Of a stretch of DNA of 50,807 bases, positions 27,137-36,741 are shown piece after piece. The stretch spans positions 1-50,807 of IMG/VR virus record IMGVR_UViG_3300028592_000019; one strand, written 5' to 3'. This stretch comes from a virus. Taxonomy: Duplodnaviria > Caudoviricetes. The notes beneath the pieces were generated by a model. It searched no databases, was not told the origin of the DNA, and worked only from the letters and a program-made list of their open reading frames with translations. Each line of letters opens with the position of its first letter. The stretch's first letter is position 1. Made by a program: the position numbers and the translations under genes.

Positions 27137-28174
27137 CTACGCCGCGCGCCGCGCCAGCAACTGGCCGGTATAGTCGACCTTATACTCGACAGTGCAGCGA
27201 CAACCACTCGTCTCGCTGATCGGCGCCGACGGATCGCCGGGAAAGCGCAAAGTTGCGCCTGATTGGCTCTGGAATGAGCCGTAGAAGCCCACCTCGGCAT
27301 TGTTCAGAGCCCGATGGGTATGCCGCACCCGGTTGTCGCCTGCAGAGCGCCAGCGCTTCGTGATGAACATCGGATCCACCTTGCCGGAAAGGACCGCCTG
27401 TTTCATCGCATCGTCTCGCGACTTGCTCAGCGCAGTCATGGTTTCGGTGCGGCTCAGCATCTCGCCGCGGAGAGCCAGAAGCCGGTCGGCATAGCGCCCG
27501 ACCATCCGGTCAACCGTAGCCCGATCGAGCCCCCTGCCCTCAGCAATGGCCTTGCGAACGGCGGCATCAAATCTGCGGTCTCGGCGCTCCCTCGTCAGAT
27601 AGTTCCGAAGGGCTGCAGGATCGCCGGAAGTAAGCTCCTGACGGGCGGAAGCGACAAACCGCTCCTGCGGTGCAGTCAGGCCAATAACGCCGCCTGTACG
27701 GCTCCCTGTGGCGCGGTTGACCCTGCCCACGATATCCAGAGCCGTGGCGCGGGGATTGTTACCTTGGGCAAGCCCTTCAGTCAGCGCCGTGCGGATGGCT
27801 TCGCGCTGGTCGTCCACGATGCGCGTCACAAGCTGGGCGCTGTGGTCCCGAAGCCATGCCTCGGCCTCCGGATTGCGAACCCCGAAGCGGAAGGCAATGC
27901 GGCTGCCATTCGGATCGCGCAGAACCATCGAGCCCGCCATGTCGATGCCGCCAGCATTGTAGGCATCGCCGATGGCTAGTTCGAGCCGACCGAAGGCTTC
28001 GGCCTCGATCTGAAGCACGTCGATCGCACCAGCAATGTCGCCTCGCTCCAAGCGCTCCACCAGCCGCTTCAGCACGACCTGGTCTTTGATCTCGTTGATG
28101 GCGGCGAGGAAGGCGTCGCGGATCAGAGGCTCGTATTTGTCGAGAAGCTGTTCCAGCGCAGAACGGTTTGACAT
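27137..28174 (-). CDS. Minor head protein (MuF/SPP1 gp7-like)
   Basis: SRTE, KRWRSAGDNRVRHTH, FPGD, GCRC. Confidence 0.88.
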   Translation of the reverse strand: MSNRSALEQLLDKYEPLIRDAFLAAINEIKDQVVLKRLVERLERGDIAGAIDVLQIEAEAFGRLELAIGDAYNAGGIDMAGSMVLRDPNGSRIAFRFGVRNPEAEAWLRDHSAQLVTRIVDDQREAIRTALTEGLAQGNNPRATALDIVGRVNRATGSRTGGVIGLTAPQERFVASARQELTSGDPAALRNYLTRERRDRRFDAAVRKAIAEGRGLDRATVDRMVGRYADRLLALRGEMLSRTETMTALSKSRDDAMKQAVLSGKVDPMFITKRWRSAGDNRVRHTHRALNNAEVGFYGSFQSQSGATLRFPGDPSAPISETSGCRCTVEYKVDYTGQLLARRAA

Positions 28175-28218
28175 TGACCCTCGAATCCTTCCCACATTGA
28201 GAGATGGGGGACATTTAG

Positions 28219-29007
28219 ATGCAGATTTTTTTAAGCCACACCGCCGCCGACAAGCCTGTAGTTGAGCCAATTGCTATTCGGTTGGCCGAGATATTTGGGC
28301 AGAGCAGCGTCTTCTACGACGCTTGGTCAATCCAGCCTGGGGACGGCATCATTGACAAGATGAATGAAGGGCTCGCATCGCCAGATTTCTTGTTTTTCTT
28401 CGTGTCGTCAGCCAGCCTCGCAAGCAAGATGGTCAACATAGAATGGCAGAACGCGCTTTACTCGTCCTCTAAGGGGAAGGTGAAGATTGTGCCGGTTAGG
28501 GTAGACGGGGCGTCGATGCCAGCCGTTCTGATGCAGAACGTCTGGATCGATTTATACGGGCAAGGCCTTGAAGTGGCGCTGCAGCAAATTGTGAGTGTCA
28601 TTCAGGGGATGAACACATTCACCCCGCAACACCTTGGGTTCTCGAACCTAACTTGGTCCCAGTCAGAGATCGATGCCAACACAGTTCTTATTGAGGTTAG
28701 GGCATCCCACCTTATGGAACCAAACCCAATGGTGATGATCCTCACGCCCAGTGGGCAATCTGACCTGAATTTTGTTCTGGCAGATCAAAGCCCGCACCGT
28801 GGCGGATTCAATCCAAGCGTCGGAAACTTAACTGACGGCACCCCGCTGAACGGTATTGCTGTTTGTCCGCTGGGCGGCGCGATCACGCCCAAACTCCCCC
28901 TACGAATACACGTCCTAAAGGTATCAGAACGACCGGTTGTGATAAGTGGCGTCTTCCACCAAGAGGGCACCAACGCATGGAAGCCCTTACCGCAGGTCAC
29001 TAAATAG
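28219..29007 (+). CDS. TIR-domain protein (antisense moron, putative defence)
   Basis: IFLSH, VFYDAWSIQPGD, SKMVNIEW (catalytic-type Glu), IVPVRVD. Confidence 0.88.
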   Translation: MQIFLSHTAADKPVVEPIAIRLAEIFGQSSVFYDAWSIQPGDGIIDKMNEGLASPDFLFFFVSSASLASKMVNIEWQNALYSSSKGKVKIVPVRVDGASMPAVLMQNVWIDLYGQGLEVALQQIVSVIQGMNTFTPQHLGFSNLTWSQSEIDANTVLIEVRASHLMEPNPMVMILTPSGQSDLNFVLADQSPHRGGFNPSVGNLTDGTPLNGIAVCPLGGAITPKLPLRIHVLKVSERPVVISGVFHQEGTNAWKPLPQVTK

Positions 29008-29419
29008 CCAAATCCAAATCGTAGAGCACCGCCACGCCAGCCGGAACCAACGGACGCACGGCCATGATCTGCTCCCATGCCAATGCGGCATCGGTCTCGG
29101 CATCGACATAGTCGAGCGCCTGGCCCAGGACGATCTTGTCGTCGTCGCTGGGCACCACACCGGCAGCGGCTGAAATGGTGATGGTCCGCTTGGTCATCCC
29201 GATCAGCGTGCCGTTGATGTCCCTCAGTTCCTTGTCGGACTGAAGGACGATGACCTTGTGATAGGTCGGCGTGCCGTTGGGCGGTTCCCATGGCTGTGGC
29301 GGCGGGCCGCTGGGATCCTTGCGGATCGTGGCGGACTGCTTGCCGGGCTCGTTGACATCCGCGATGGAAGCAAGCGCGCCCTCGACCTCGGCGGCGATGC
29401 TGGACCAGTCTTCTGCCAT
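29000..29419 (-). CDS. Head-tail joining/closure protein
   Basis: Position; VRPLVPAGVAVLY. Confidence 0.65.
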   Translation of the reverse strand: MAEDWSSIAAEVEGALASIADVNEPGKQSATIRKDPSGPPPQPWEPPNGTPTYHKVIVLQSDKELRDINGTLIGMTKRTITISAAAGVVPSDDDKIVLGQALDYVDAETDAALAWEQIMAVRPLVPAGVAVLYDLDLAI

Positions 29420-29420
29420 C

Positions 29421-29900
29421 TCACACCACCAGAATGGCGGGGAAGCCGCCTACGGGCATCAAAAACGGCACCAATAGGCCTTCGACGGCAGAGAGCACCG
29501 GGATCATCGCCCCGGGAGCGCTGGCGTCGCCAATAACATCCCATTCGATCTTGTCGACCTTCGTCAGCACCTTCGTCGTGCCAGGCGTGTAGGTCACCGA
29601 TAGCGAGCCCGGCGCCTTTGCATCGGCCAGAGCTGCCACATAGCTCGCCTTGACCACGGCATCAGGGATCACATCATCGCCAATCGGCTGCCCATATGCG
29701 CAAGCCCCGGTCCGAGGCCACGCCCGCTCCTGAGAAAAGCCACCGGTGGGGATGCCGGAGAACCGAGCGCCATAGGTGCCGTCGATGTAGTTCGAGCCGC
29801 GCTCACGAAGTACCGCGATAGACGGCGGATTGTCGGGGAGAGCAAACCCATTTGCGGAGAGCCATCTATTGAAGCCGTCATCGGTGCCGTAGCCAGCCAT
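29421..29900 (-). CDS. Head-tail connector (DnaT-like family)
   Basis: SNYID, QERAWPR, IPDAVVKA. Confidence 0.75.
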   Translation of the reverse strand: MAGYGTDDGFNRWLSANGFALPDNPPSIAVLRERGSNYIDGTYGARFSGIPTGGFSQERAWPRTGACAYGQPIGDDVIPDAVVKASYVAALADAKAPGSLSVTYTPGTTKVLTKVDKIEWDVIGDASAPGAMIPVLSAVEGLLVPFLMPVGGFPAILVV

Positions 29901-29917
29901 TGCCGTCTCCTACCCGA

Positions 29918-30361
29918 TCAGGCCGCCAGCTTGGCGTCGATCAGTTCCTTGAGCTTTTCGTCGGTGATGTCGGCCGGGAACTCGATGCCCAGTTCGGAAG
30001 CCTGCTTCTTGAGATCGTCAGACACAGACTTTTCGGCCAGCTTGGCGCGGATGGTGTCAGCATCCCACTTCGGAGAGGGGCCCTTGCCGAACGCAGCCTT
30101 ATATTCGGTGCGCAGGCCGGATAGCTCGGACGGTGCATTTGCCGTCGGCTTGGCTGGTGCAAGCGCCTTGGGCTTAGCTGCTGGCTTGGCAGACGGCGTA
30201 TCGTCCCATTCGGCATGAAGGAATGAGAGCGACTTGACGCGATCAACGTAATCGTCGGCCACGTCGAGAGTGTTTGTCGCCTTGGGCTCGATAAAGACCA
30301 GGCCGGTCACGGTATGCACACCCTGTAGGGCGCGGGAGTTATTGGTGATGCTCGCCTTCAT
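29918..30361 (-). CDS. Hypothetical head-associated protein
   Basis: After capsid gene; low-complexity linker and short helical repeats. Confidence 0.65.
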   Translation of the reverse strand: MKASITNNSRALQGVHTVTGLVFIEPKATNTLDVADDYVDRVKSLSFLHAEWDDTPSAKPAAKPKALAPAKPTANAPSELSGLRTEYKAAFGKGPSPKWDADTIRAKLAEKSVSDDLKKQASELGIEFPADITDEKLKELIDAKLAA

Positions 30362-30387
30362 GGGGAGGCTCCTTTCAGGTCCAGATA

Positions 30388-30413
30388 CAAAAGGGGGCCG
30401 CGGGCGACCCCCT
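30388..30413 (-). terminator. Terminator after major capsid gene
   Basis: AGGGGGTCG / CGGCCCCCT stem + TTT on minus strand. Confidence 0.6.
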
Positions 30414-30430
30414 CATAATCAGGACGGTGA

Positions 30431-31393
30431 TCAGGCCGGCGGGGCGGTAACTTCATCCGCATAGGCGGCAGACTTCGGCAGGCGCCATTCGGTGCCACCG
30501 GTACGGGCGATGATGCCGGTTTCGAAGCCCATGATGGACTTCTGGCGCGGCTGGAGCACGGTGCGGGGCATCGGGAGGTGGAAGCGAACGACCTCCTCGT
30601 CGCGGCGATACGCAACCATGCGACCGCCACCGTCCTGCGAAGCCGTTGCCAGTTCGCGAGCGCCGTAGATGTTGAGCGGCTGGCCAGTTTCGAGGGTGTA
30701 GACGTTGTTCTTGCGGATATAGTCGAGCACCGTGATCGTGCCGTCACCGCTACCCAGGCGCTTGGTGCCGGCGGCACGGATCGCAGCAGGGGGCAGAGCG
30801 AGCGAGTCAGCCCACTCCACTTCCGAGGTCTGCGTCCGCACACGGCTCAGAACCTCGTCAACGTCGGTAAGGATCTGGTCGGCCGTCTTGGCTGGCCAGA
30901 ATGTGCCGGGCGTTGCAACATCAGCGCGAGGGACTTCCGAACTGTTGGCAAAGCCAGTCCAGTTCTTTTCGGTCGAGCCGACGAAGGCGATGGAGTTCAG
31001 AAGGCGCTCCACCTTGTCGGTGGCGCTCATCGCGTCGGTGTTGCTGAGATTGAGGCCATAGAGCGCGGCCTGATTGATCTCTTCGATGGTCCATTCCCAC
31101 CCGGAGCCGATCATCGCAAAGTCGTGCGATGCCTGGTCCTTGGTGGTCTTGTTGAAGGGCATATCAGTGCCCGACCCGGAGATGAACTTGGCTTCACCGG
31201 CACTATCGACCGAGAAGAAGGTCGTGCCGATAGCCCATGCGTTGCCTTCGGTGATGACGGGGATAACCGCCGCATAATTGAAGGTTGGATACCGGCGCTG
31301 ATAGACGCGGGTTTCGATGTTGCGCCCCTGCGCGATCACGAAGGGGTAAGCAGCCTGAGCGTCAGCAAAGGGCTGGCGGATCATCTGGTTCAT
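30431..31393 (-). CDS. Major capsid protein (DUF2184-like)
   Basis: 320 aa; RMVAY, PMP, RTGG; follows scaffold and cement genes. Confidence 0.9.
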   Translation of the reverse strand: MNQMIRQPFADAQAAYPFVIAQGRNIETRVYQRRYPTFNYAAVIPVITEGNAWAIGTTFFSVDSAGEAKFISGSGTDMPFNKTTKDQASHDFAMIGSGWEWTIEEINQAALYGLNLSNTDAMSATDKVERLLNSIAFVGSTEKNWTGFANSSEVPRADVATPGTFWPAKTADQILTDVDEVLSRVRTQTSEVEWADSLALPPAAIRAAGTKRLGSGDGTITVLDYIRKNNVYTLETGQPLNIYGARELATASQDGGGRMVAYRRDEEVVRFHLPMPRTVLQPRQKSIMGFETGIIARTGGTEWRLPKSAAYADEVTAPPA

Positions 31394-31413
31394 GATTGCT
31401 GGTCCTTTCGCGA

Positions 31414-32166
31414 TCAGCGGAGCTTCAGGGAGACTTCAACGATGTCGCCATCAGCCCCCGAGGTGTCGAATGTGGCACCAGGGATGCGGATATGCGTCAC
31501 CGTCGAGGTGTAGCGGCCCGTCGCCGGGTTCCAGTACACATCGCCGCCATCGACCACTGCAGCGCCCGCCGTGACGTACATCTGACCCATGGTCATGAAT
31601 GCCCCGGTGAAATACTGCGGATAGATGTCGGGCTGGGCGCCAGATGCCGCAGGCGGCACGGACGGGTTGAGCACGGCCAGGCCCAGGAACTTGGCGTTGG
31701 CGGTGTAGGTGACCGTAATGGTCATCTGGTCGCCAATGGCAGGATCGGTGCCAGCGTCGGTGATGGTGAAGGGGCCAATGCCGCCGATGGTGGCAGGGGT
31801 TCCCGTGGTCACCTCGCCAAGCGGAATGCCGTCTGGATCCGTCATCAGGAACACGGCAGTTGCGCCGGCCGTAATAGCGGACAGCAGATAGACGCCCTGC
31901 TTGGCACCAGCAGCGACAGCAGGGGCCGCCGTAATGGTCTGGGCGCCGGTATTGCCAGCGGCGGCAGCGCCGACAGAAGTGGCAGCGAAGGCAGCGCCAG
32001 CAACAACGCCGTGATCGCCAGAACCGCGGAAAGCGGGCTGGCCGAACGCAATGCCGGCTGCCGATTCGACGGTGCGGGAAACCTTGTTGCACTTCTCCTC
32101 ATTGGCGATCTGGCCGGGAAGGCCCTTCGCAGGAGCATTGCCGTAAGTGGTCTGATAGGGTGCCAT
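31414..32166 (-). CDS. Capsid cement/decoration protein
   Basis: GIAFG, FLGLAV, GQMYV; internal inserted domain. Confidence 0.75.
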   Translation of the reverse strand: MAPYQTTYGNAPAKGLPGQIANEEKCNKVSRTVESAAGIAFGQPAFRGSGDHGVVAGAAFAATSVGAAAAGNTGAQTITAAPAVAAGAKQGVYLLSAITAGATAVFLMTDPDGIPLGEVTTGTPATIGGIGPFTITDAGTDPAIGDQMTITVTYTANAKFLGLAVLNPSVPPAASGAQPDIYPQYFTGAFMTMGQMYVTAGAAVVDGGDVYWNPATGRYTSTVTHIRIPGATFDTSGADGDIVEVSLKLR

Positions 32167-32179
32167 GGTGGCGCGCTCC

Positions 32180-33331
32180 TCAGTTCGCCTTGGCCTGATG
32201 CGCCGACGTCATGTCGGCAAGCATCGCGGCGCGGGCATCGTTGACGGGCTTGAGATCGTCGGCAGTGGGCGTCAGCCCATCAGCAACGACTTCGCGGAAG
32301 GGGTCCTTGTCGCCAGCCTTCTTGACGGCATCCTCGACCAGGATTTCGAAGCGGGCGTCGATATAGGCTTCGGGCTTGTCCTTGGCGGCATCGCCAACAA
32401 CAGCCACGACCACGGCCTTCTTGATGTCGGCATCGGACAGACCATCGGTCTTGACGTCCTTGGCCAGCACCTTGGCCTTGCCGATCAGGTCGGCGCGGGA
32501 GGCGACGAGCTTGTCGATGGCAGCGGCGTCAAGCACCTTGCTCTTGAGGGCGTCGATTTCGGCGTCCTTCTTGGCAATGTCGGCATCCTTGGCTGCCAGC
32601 GCAGTTGCATGATCTGCCAGAACCTTGACGGATGCATCATTGGCATCGGCAAGGCGCTTCTGGAGGGTGGCGATGACGGTGGCGCCCTGGTCGGTCACTT
32701 CGACCGGGATGCCATCGACAGTTACCGTCTTCAGGGTCATTGGAGGGTCCTTTTCAGGGGTTGCGTCAGTGATCGGGGCAGCGCCCCAGGAATACGCACC
32801 GTCACCGATGCGAAGCTGGTCCCCGCCGCGTGCCTTCTCGACAATCGCGACGTGGTTCATTTTGAAGTCGGACATGATGGCGTCGTACGCCTCGCCCGTT
32901 GGGCTGATGCCGTCGCCCAGCGTCACATTGGCGTCGTAGCCCATGGACAACTCGACTGCGGCGCCGGACTCGACCGTCTGGATGCCCTTGGCATCGCGGA
33001 GCATCATGGGGACGCGGACGAACTCACCGTCGCGCATCACCTCATCGCCCACCTCGCCTACGGCAAGGTCTTTCCAGGTATCGGCTGTGACCTTGACCGA
33101 TGGGTGGCCAATGGTGATGGGCACGCCAGCATAGGAGCCGATGGCGTCCTTCTTGAAGACCTCACTCTCGGGCCTGTAGACGCGCACCACGGCCTTGTCG
33201 GTGATGCCAAGCTCTACCCCAAGGTAGGCTTGCACATTGCCGCCACGAGCCACCTTTGCCGATGCTACGGCATAGCCATCCGCTGTCCGACGCAGCGCGC
33301 CGTCCATCGTCATCCGATCGGTGAATTGCAT
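32180..33331 (-). CDS. DUF2213-like prohead protease/scaffold
   Basis: VYRPESEVF, PITIGHP, ELSMGY, NHVAIVEKARGG; coiled-coil C-terminus. Confidence 0.88.
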   Translation of the reverse strand: MQFTDRMTMDGALRRTADGYAVASAKVARGGNVQAYLGVELGITDKAVVRVYRPESEVFKKDAIGSYAGVPITIGHPSVKVTADTWKDLAVGEVGDEVMRDGEFVRVPMMLRDAKGIQTVESGAAVELSMGYDANVTLGDGISPTGEAYDAIMSDFKMNHVAIVEKARGGDQLRIGDGAYSWGAAPITDATPEKDPPMTLKTVTVDGIPVEVTDQGATVIATLQKRLADANDASVKVLADHATALAAKDADIAKKDAEIDALKSKVLDAAAIDKLVASRADLIGKAKVLAKDVKTDGLSDADIKKAVVVAVVGDAAKDKPEAYIDARFEILVEDAVKKAGDKDPFREVVADGLTPTADDLKPVNDARAAMLADMTSAHQAKAN

Positions 33332-33334
33332 GGG

Positions 33335-35209
33335 TTATTCCTCGGTGAGCCCTTCGGCCCAATCCTCTTTGACCTCGGCAAACAGTTCCGGCCCCAGCAC
33401 GATCTCGCCCTGGTACGGTTCCACCTTGCTTAGATCCCCCTTGAAGCCATAGCTGATGGTGATGTGCGGCTGGTACTCGGGATGATCCCAAGACCCACCT
33501 GCCTCGGTCACCGCCTCATTGCGCCAGCGCAGTTCATTGGCAGTGAACAGCAGGACTGTGGCCTCCCCGAACTGTTCCATGAGACGTGGTCCACCGGGAC
33601 CGACCTTCAGTTCCGGTGCCCACGACTCCCCGACGCGCATCCAATCAACCGGCGTCTTGCTGTAGGCGATGGTGACGTGCAGTTCATCGGCCGGCAGCGT
33701 GGTTTCGAAGCCCTGCGACTTGGCCCAGGCGATGATAGCGCCGGCGTTCTTGACCTTGCGCTGAATATACAGCGAGCGTGGAGCGGCATCGTTCGCGGCC
33801 AGGCGCTGGCGCTGCTGTTCCGCAGGATCGTTGCCATTGGCAGCAACACCAAGGGCAGCGGCTTCGGCACCCTCGTCTTCCTCCTGTTCGGAGAGCTTGC
33901 CGTATTCCTCGATTGCGGCTTCTAGGCCGCTCAAGGAGCCGTCTTCTATGAGTTCGTTGACCAGAGCGTCGGACAGGGCCTCAATGGGCATCAGCGGCTC
34001 ACTGGTGCCGCCATTGCCAGCAATGACGCGGGCAGCATCAGCCTTCATCTTGAAGGTTTCAGCCTTCTCCTTTTCGGAGAGGGTGTAGAGCGGCGCCCAG
34101 CGGCTATAGATCGAAGGGTCTCGGTCACCAAGCGCGGAACGAACAATCACCTCGTCCAGGCGGTTCATGGCCGGCGTCAGTTCTGTGCGCTGCCGGGCAG
34201 CGATGTTGTCGTAATAGTTCTTGAGCGCGGTGTCGCCATTGCTGCCAAGCCCGCTGGGGGCCTGCATGAGCAGACGAGACACCGGGATATCTGCGGCACC
34301 CGAGGCGATCTCAAGGTACTTCTGCATCAGCTCGGGAAGCTGCGCGAAATTGATCTGTTTCTGCTCCCACTTCTCGCCCAGCGCCGTATCGCCGTTCGCG
34401 CCATTACCCTCGAGCAGCACCATGTTGAACATGGACTTGATCGTGTTGGCGTAGGTGAAGCGATCCGTAACCGACTTGGTGCCGGCAGCCGTGGATAGGG
34501 CCTTAGACAGACCTGGAATGTAGATGACGTCGGCCTTGGCCTCGGGGATCAATGCGGCGACATGAGCCTGTGCGGAACCGGCATTGATAATGGCGTCCCC
34601 AACCACCTGAAGGATGGAATCGCCCCAGTTATCCGCAGCGATCGAGAACCGATCATCCATGACAGGAGCGCCGATGAACCGCACCATGCGGCTGGGATGA
34701 ACCCGCACCTGCGCGCCAGTCCCGCCATTGACCTCGTAATATTCGGGCTGGCCGTAGTAGACGCTGCGCACATCGGTTATCAGCGGGCCTGTAGTGACCT
34801 TGCTGCGGTCCAGCACGTGGAGATAGAGCAAGTCGCCATGCTTGACGTTCTCGACCAGCAATTCCTTGTCTGGGGCACCGTCACGCATGCCCATGTAGAT
34901 AGCCGCGCCGCCGAAGAGCCGAGCCTTCTGCAGGGCCATAGTGACCTTGGGCTGAAGGCTGATCTCCGGCAGTTTCTCGACAGCCTCGATTGCCTCGATC
35001 TGCTCGTTCGTGGCCTGCCATTCCCGCCATTCGCGAGTCATATCGTTCGGGATGATGTCCACGACCTTGCGGGCCAGCCAGTCAGACCGGTGCATGGCGT
35101 TAAGCTGGTCATCGCCAATGGGCACAAAGACGTAGCCGAGGCTGGTATTCTTATCCTTGGACGTGCCGAGACCTGTGACCAGGCTCTTGAGCGTGTCTGC
35201 CAGCCACAT
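33335..35209 (-). CDS. Portal protein (DUF1073-like) fused to C-terminal 2H phosphoesterase (Acb1-like)
   Basis: WLARKVVD, ARLFGG, VHPSR, AADIP; C-terminal LHVTI and PHITI HxT motifs. Confidence 0.88.
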   Translation of the reverse strand: MWLADTLKSLVTGLGTSKDKNTSLGYVFVPIGDDQLNAMHRSDWLARKVVDIIPNDMTREWREWQATNEQIEAIEAVEKLPEISLQPKVTMALQKARLFGGAAIYMGMRDGAPDKELLVENVKHGDLLYLHVLDRSKVTTGPLITDVRSVYYGQPEYYEVNGGTGAQVRVHPSRMVRFIGAPVMDDRFSIAADNWGDSILQVVGDAIINAGSAQAHVAALIPEAKADVIYIPGLSKALSTAAGTKSVTDRFTYANTIKSMFNMVLLEGNGANGDTALGEKWEQKQINFAQLPELMQKYLEIASGAADIPVSRLLMQAPSGLGSNGDTALKNYYDNIAARQRTELTPAMNRLDEVIVRSALGDRDPSIYSRWAPLYTLSEKEKAETFKMKADAARVIAGNGGTSEPLMPIEALSDALVNELIEDGSLSGLEAAIEEYGKLSEQEEDEGAEAAALGVAANGNDPAEQQRQRLAANDAAPRSLYIQRKVKNAGAIIAWAKSQGFETTLPADELHVTIAYSKTPVDWMRVGESWAPELKVGPGGPRLMEQFGEATVLLFTANELRWRNEAVTEAGGSWDHPEYQPHITISYGFKGDLSKVEPYQGEIVLGPELFAEVKEDWAEGLTEE

Positions 35210-36741
35210 CAGCCTGTTACTCCCAGCATGCCATAAACGAAGTGCGATTGGGCCAACTCATCGAAGGCCCGAGTTGCCGCGTCTGCCTGATCCTTGAACT
35301 TCCCATTCGGGAACGTGCAAAGCTCATCTAGAAACGGCTCAATCCATGCATCCCTTACCGGGTCGCCCGTCATTAGAATGTCGACGTTGCCGGCTTCTGC
35401 CTGAGCCGATAGCGGACCGGCACGGGTCACCTTGTCGCCACTTTCCGGGCTCGATTTGGCTGTGTAGCCGGCCAACTGCTTGACCAAGTATCCAGCCTGT
35501 GACTTGCCTGCCTGGCCGGGGTCCTGCGGCAGCGAGATCCGGCACTCCCTGCCATCAGTCGCAGCGGTGCTGAGGATCAGCCTTTCGACCCCACCAGACG
35601 AAAGATGATCTCGTACCGAATGGGCGATGATGAACCGGCCATCAGGATACCGGCCGATTTTCACCCCTGCGGTGTATGCAGCGCTGTCATCGACCGTTGC
35701 TGCCAAATCCCAACCCCGGGCGAACTCTGTGGCGGCCGGGAAGGCAGCTTTGAAGGCGAACCACGCCCGCTTAAACATACCGCCCTCACGGGGCGCGGGA
35801 CGCTGCTGGAACTGCCCCGCCGTAGCGTAGGAGCCCATAACCTTCTTGTCGCGTTCCACCACTTCACGGGGGAAGCGGGCCGGGAATAGCAATTCGCCAT
35901 CTACCCTGCGCGGATCTTCGAAACCGATGGAAGTGTAGCACTTCCGTTCCGGCTCGAACTCCATCGGCAGCATCAGATGCTCGTAGCCGAAGTCCTTGGC
36001 CAGGATCATTCCTGCCACGTCGTTCTCGTGCAGACGCTGCATCACCACGATAATCGCGGAGCGATCCGGGTTATTCAGTCGGGTCGGCACCGCCTCGCGA
36101 AACGTCTCATTGACTGCATCCCGCTTGACGTCAGACCCCGCATCATCAACCGATAGCGGATCATCGATCAGCACACGGTCACCGCGGGAGCCTGTCAGGC
36201 CCGTGAACGCCATCGCCTCGCGAAAACCGGTGGCGTCGTTTTCGAACTTGAGCTTGGCGTTCTGGTCCGACATGAGCCGAACCGTGCTGCCCCAGCGCTC
36301 CTGATACCATTCCGAGGCGATCAGGCGCCGCATCTTGAGGTTGTCGCGAATTGCCAGCGGATGGCTGTGCGACGTACCCAAATAGCGCATATGCGGGAGG
36401 CCTCGCGGCCCCCACTCCCACGCCGGCCACATCACCCCCACCGAGAGCGACTTCATCGTGCCAGGAGGGACATTGATCAGCAGGCGAGTGATTTGCCCGC
36501 TGGTGACTGCCTCCAAGTGCTCAGAGACGGCATCGATGTGCCATCCGTGCTTATACGGCTGTCCGGGTTCCAGAACGTGCCAAGCGGCCTGTGTGAACGA
36601 TGCGAGCGAGACGCCTGCGGTCTCGATATCGCGATCAAGGTTCTCCTGCGCCTGCCTCTTCTGCCGTTGCGCTGCCAGGGCTTCCAATAAGCCCGAGCTT
36701 CGCGAGAACGGGATAGGCTGCTTCGAGAGATGCAAGTTCAT
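35209..36741 (-). CDS. terL: Terminase large subunit
   Basis: PPGTMKS Walker A, LIDDP Walker B, MQRLH, GWDLA, DQADA. Confidence 0.95.
   Translation of the reverse strand: MNLHLSKQPIPFSRSSGLLEALAAQRQKRQAQENLDRDIETAGVSLASFTQAAWHVLEPGQPYKHGWHIDAVSEHLEAVTSGQITRLLINVPPGTMKSLSVGVMWPAWEWGPRGLPHMRYLGTSHSHPLAIRDNLKMRRLIASEWYQERWGSTVRLMSDQNAKLKFENDATGFREAMAFTGLTGSRGDRVLIDDPLSVDDAGSDVKRDAVNETFREAVPTRLNNPDRSAIIVVMQRLHENDVAGMILAKDFGYEHLMLPMEFEPERKCYTSIGFEDPRRVDGELLFPARFPREVVERDKKVMGSYATAGQFQQRPAPREGGMFKRAWFAFKAAFPAATEFARGWDLAATVDDSAAYTAGVKIGRYPDGRFIIAHSVRDHLSSGGVERLILSTAATDGRECRISLPQDPGQAGKSQAGYLVKQLAGYTAKSSPESGDKVTRAGPLSAQAEAGNVDILMTGDPVRDAWIEPFLDELCTFPNGKFKDQADAATRAFDELAQSHFVYGMLGVTG

Noticed and set aside
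27137-28174. MuF toxin fusion
   Set aside because: Protein ends shortly after the CRC motif with no extension
28219-29007. Complete Thoeris or CBASS operon
   Set aside because: Neighbours are structural genes; no ThsA or cyclase recognised
30578-33433. Long plus-strand ORFs (e.g. 30578-31513, 32165-33433; likewise 39677-40912)
   Set aside because: Antisense shadows of high-GC structural or replication genes with no recognisable motifs
33335-35209. Whole gene as an anti-CBASS protein
   Set aside because: The N-terminal ~450 aa is the portal by motif and position after terL; only the C-terminal domain is 2H-like
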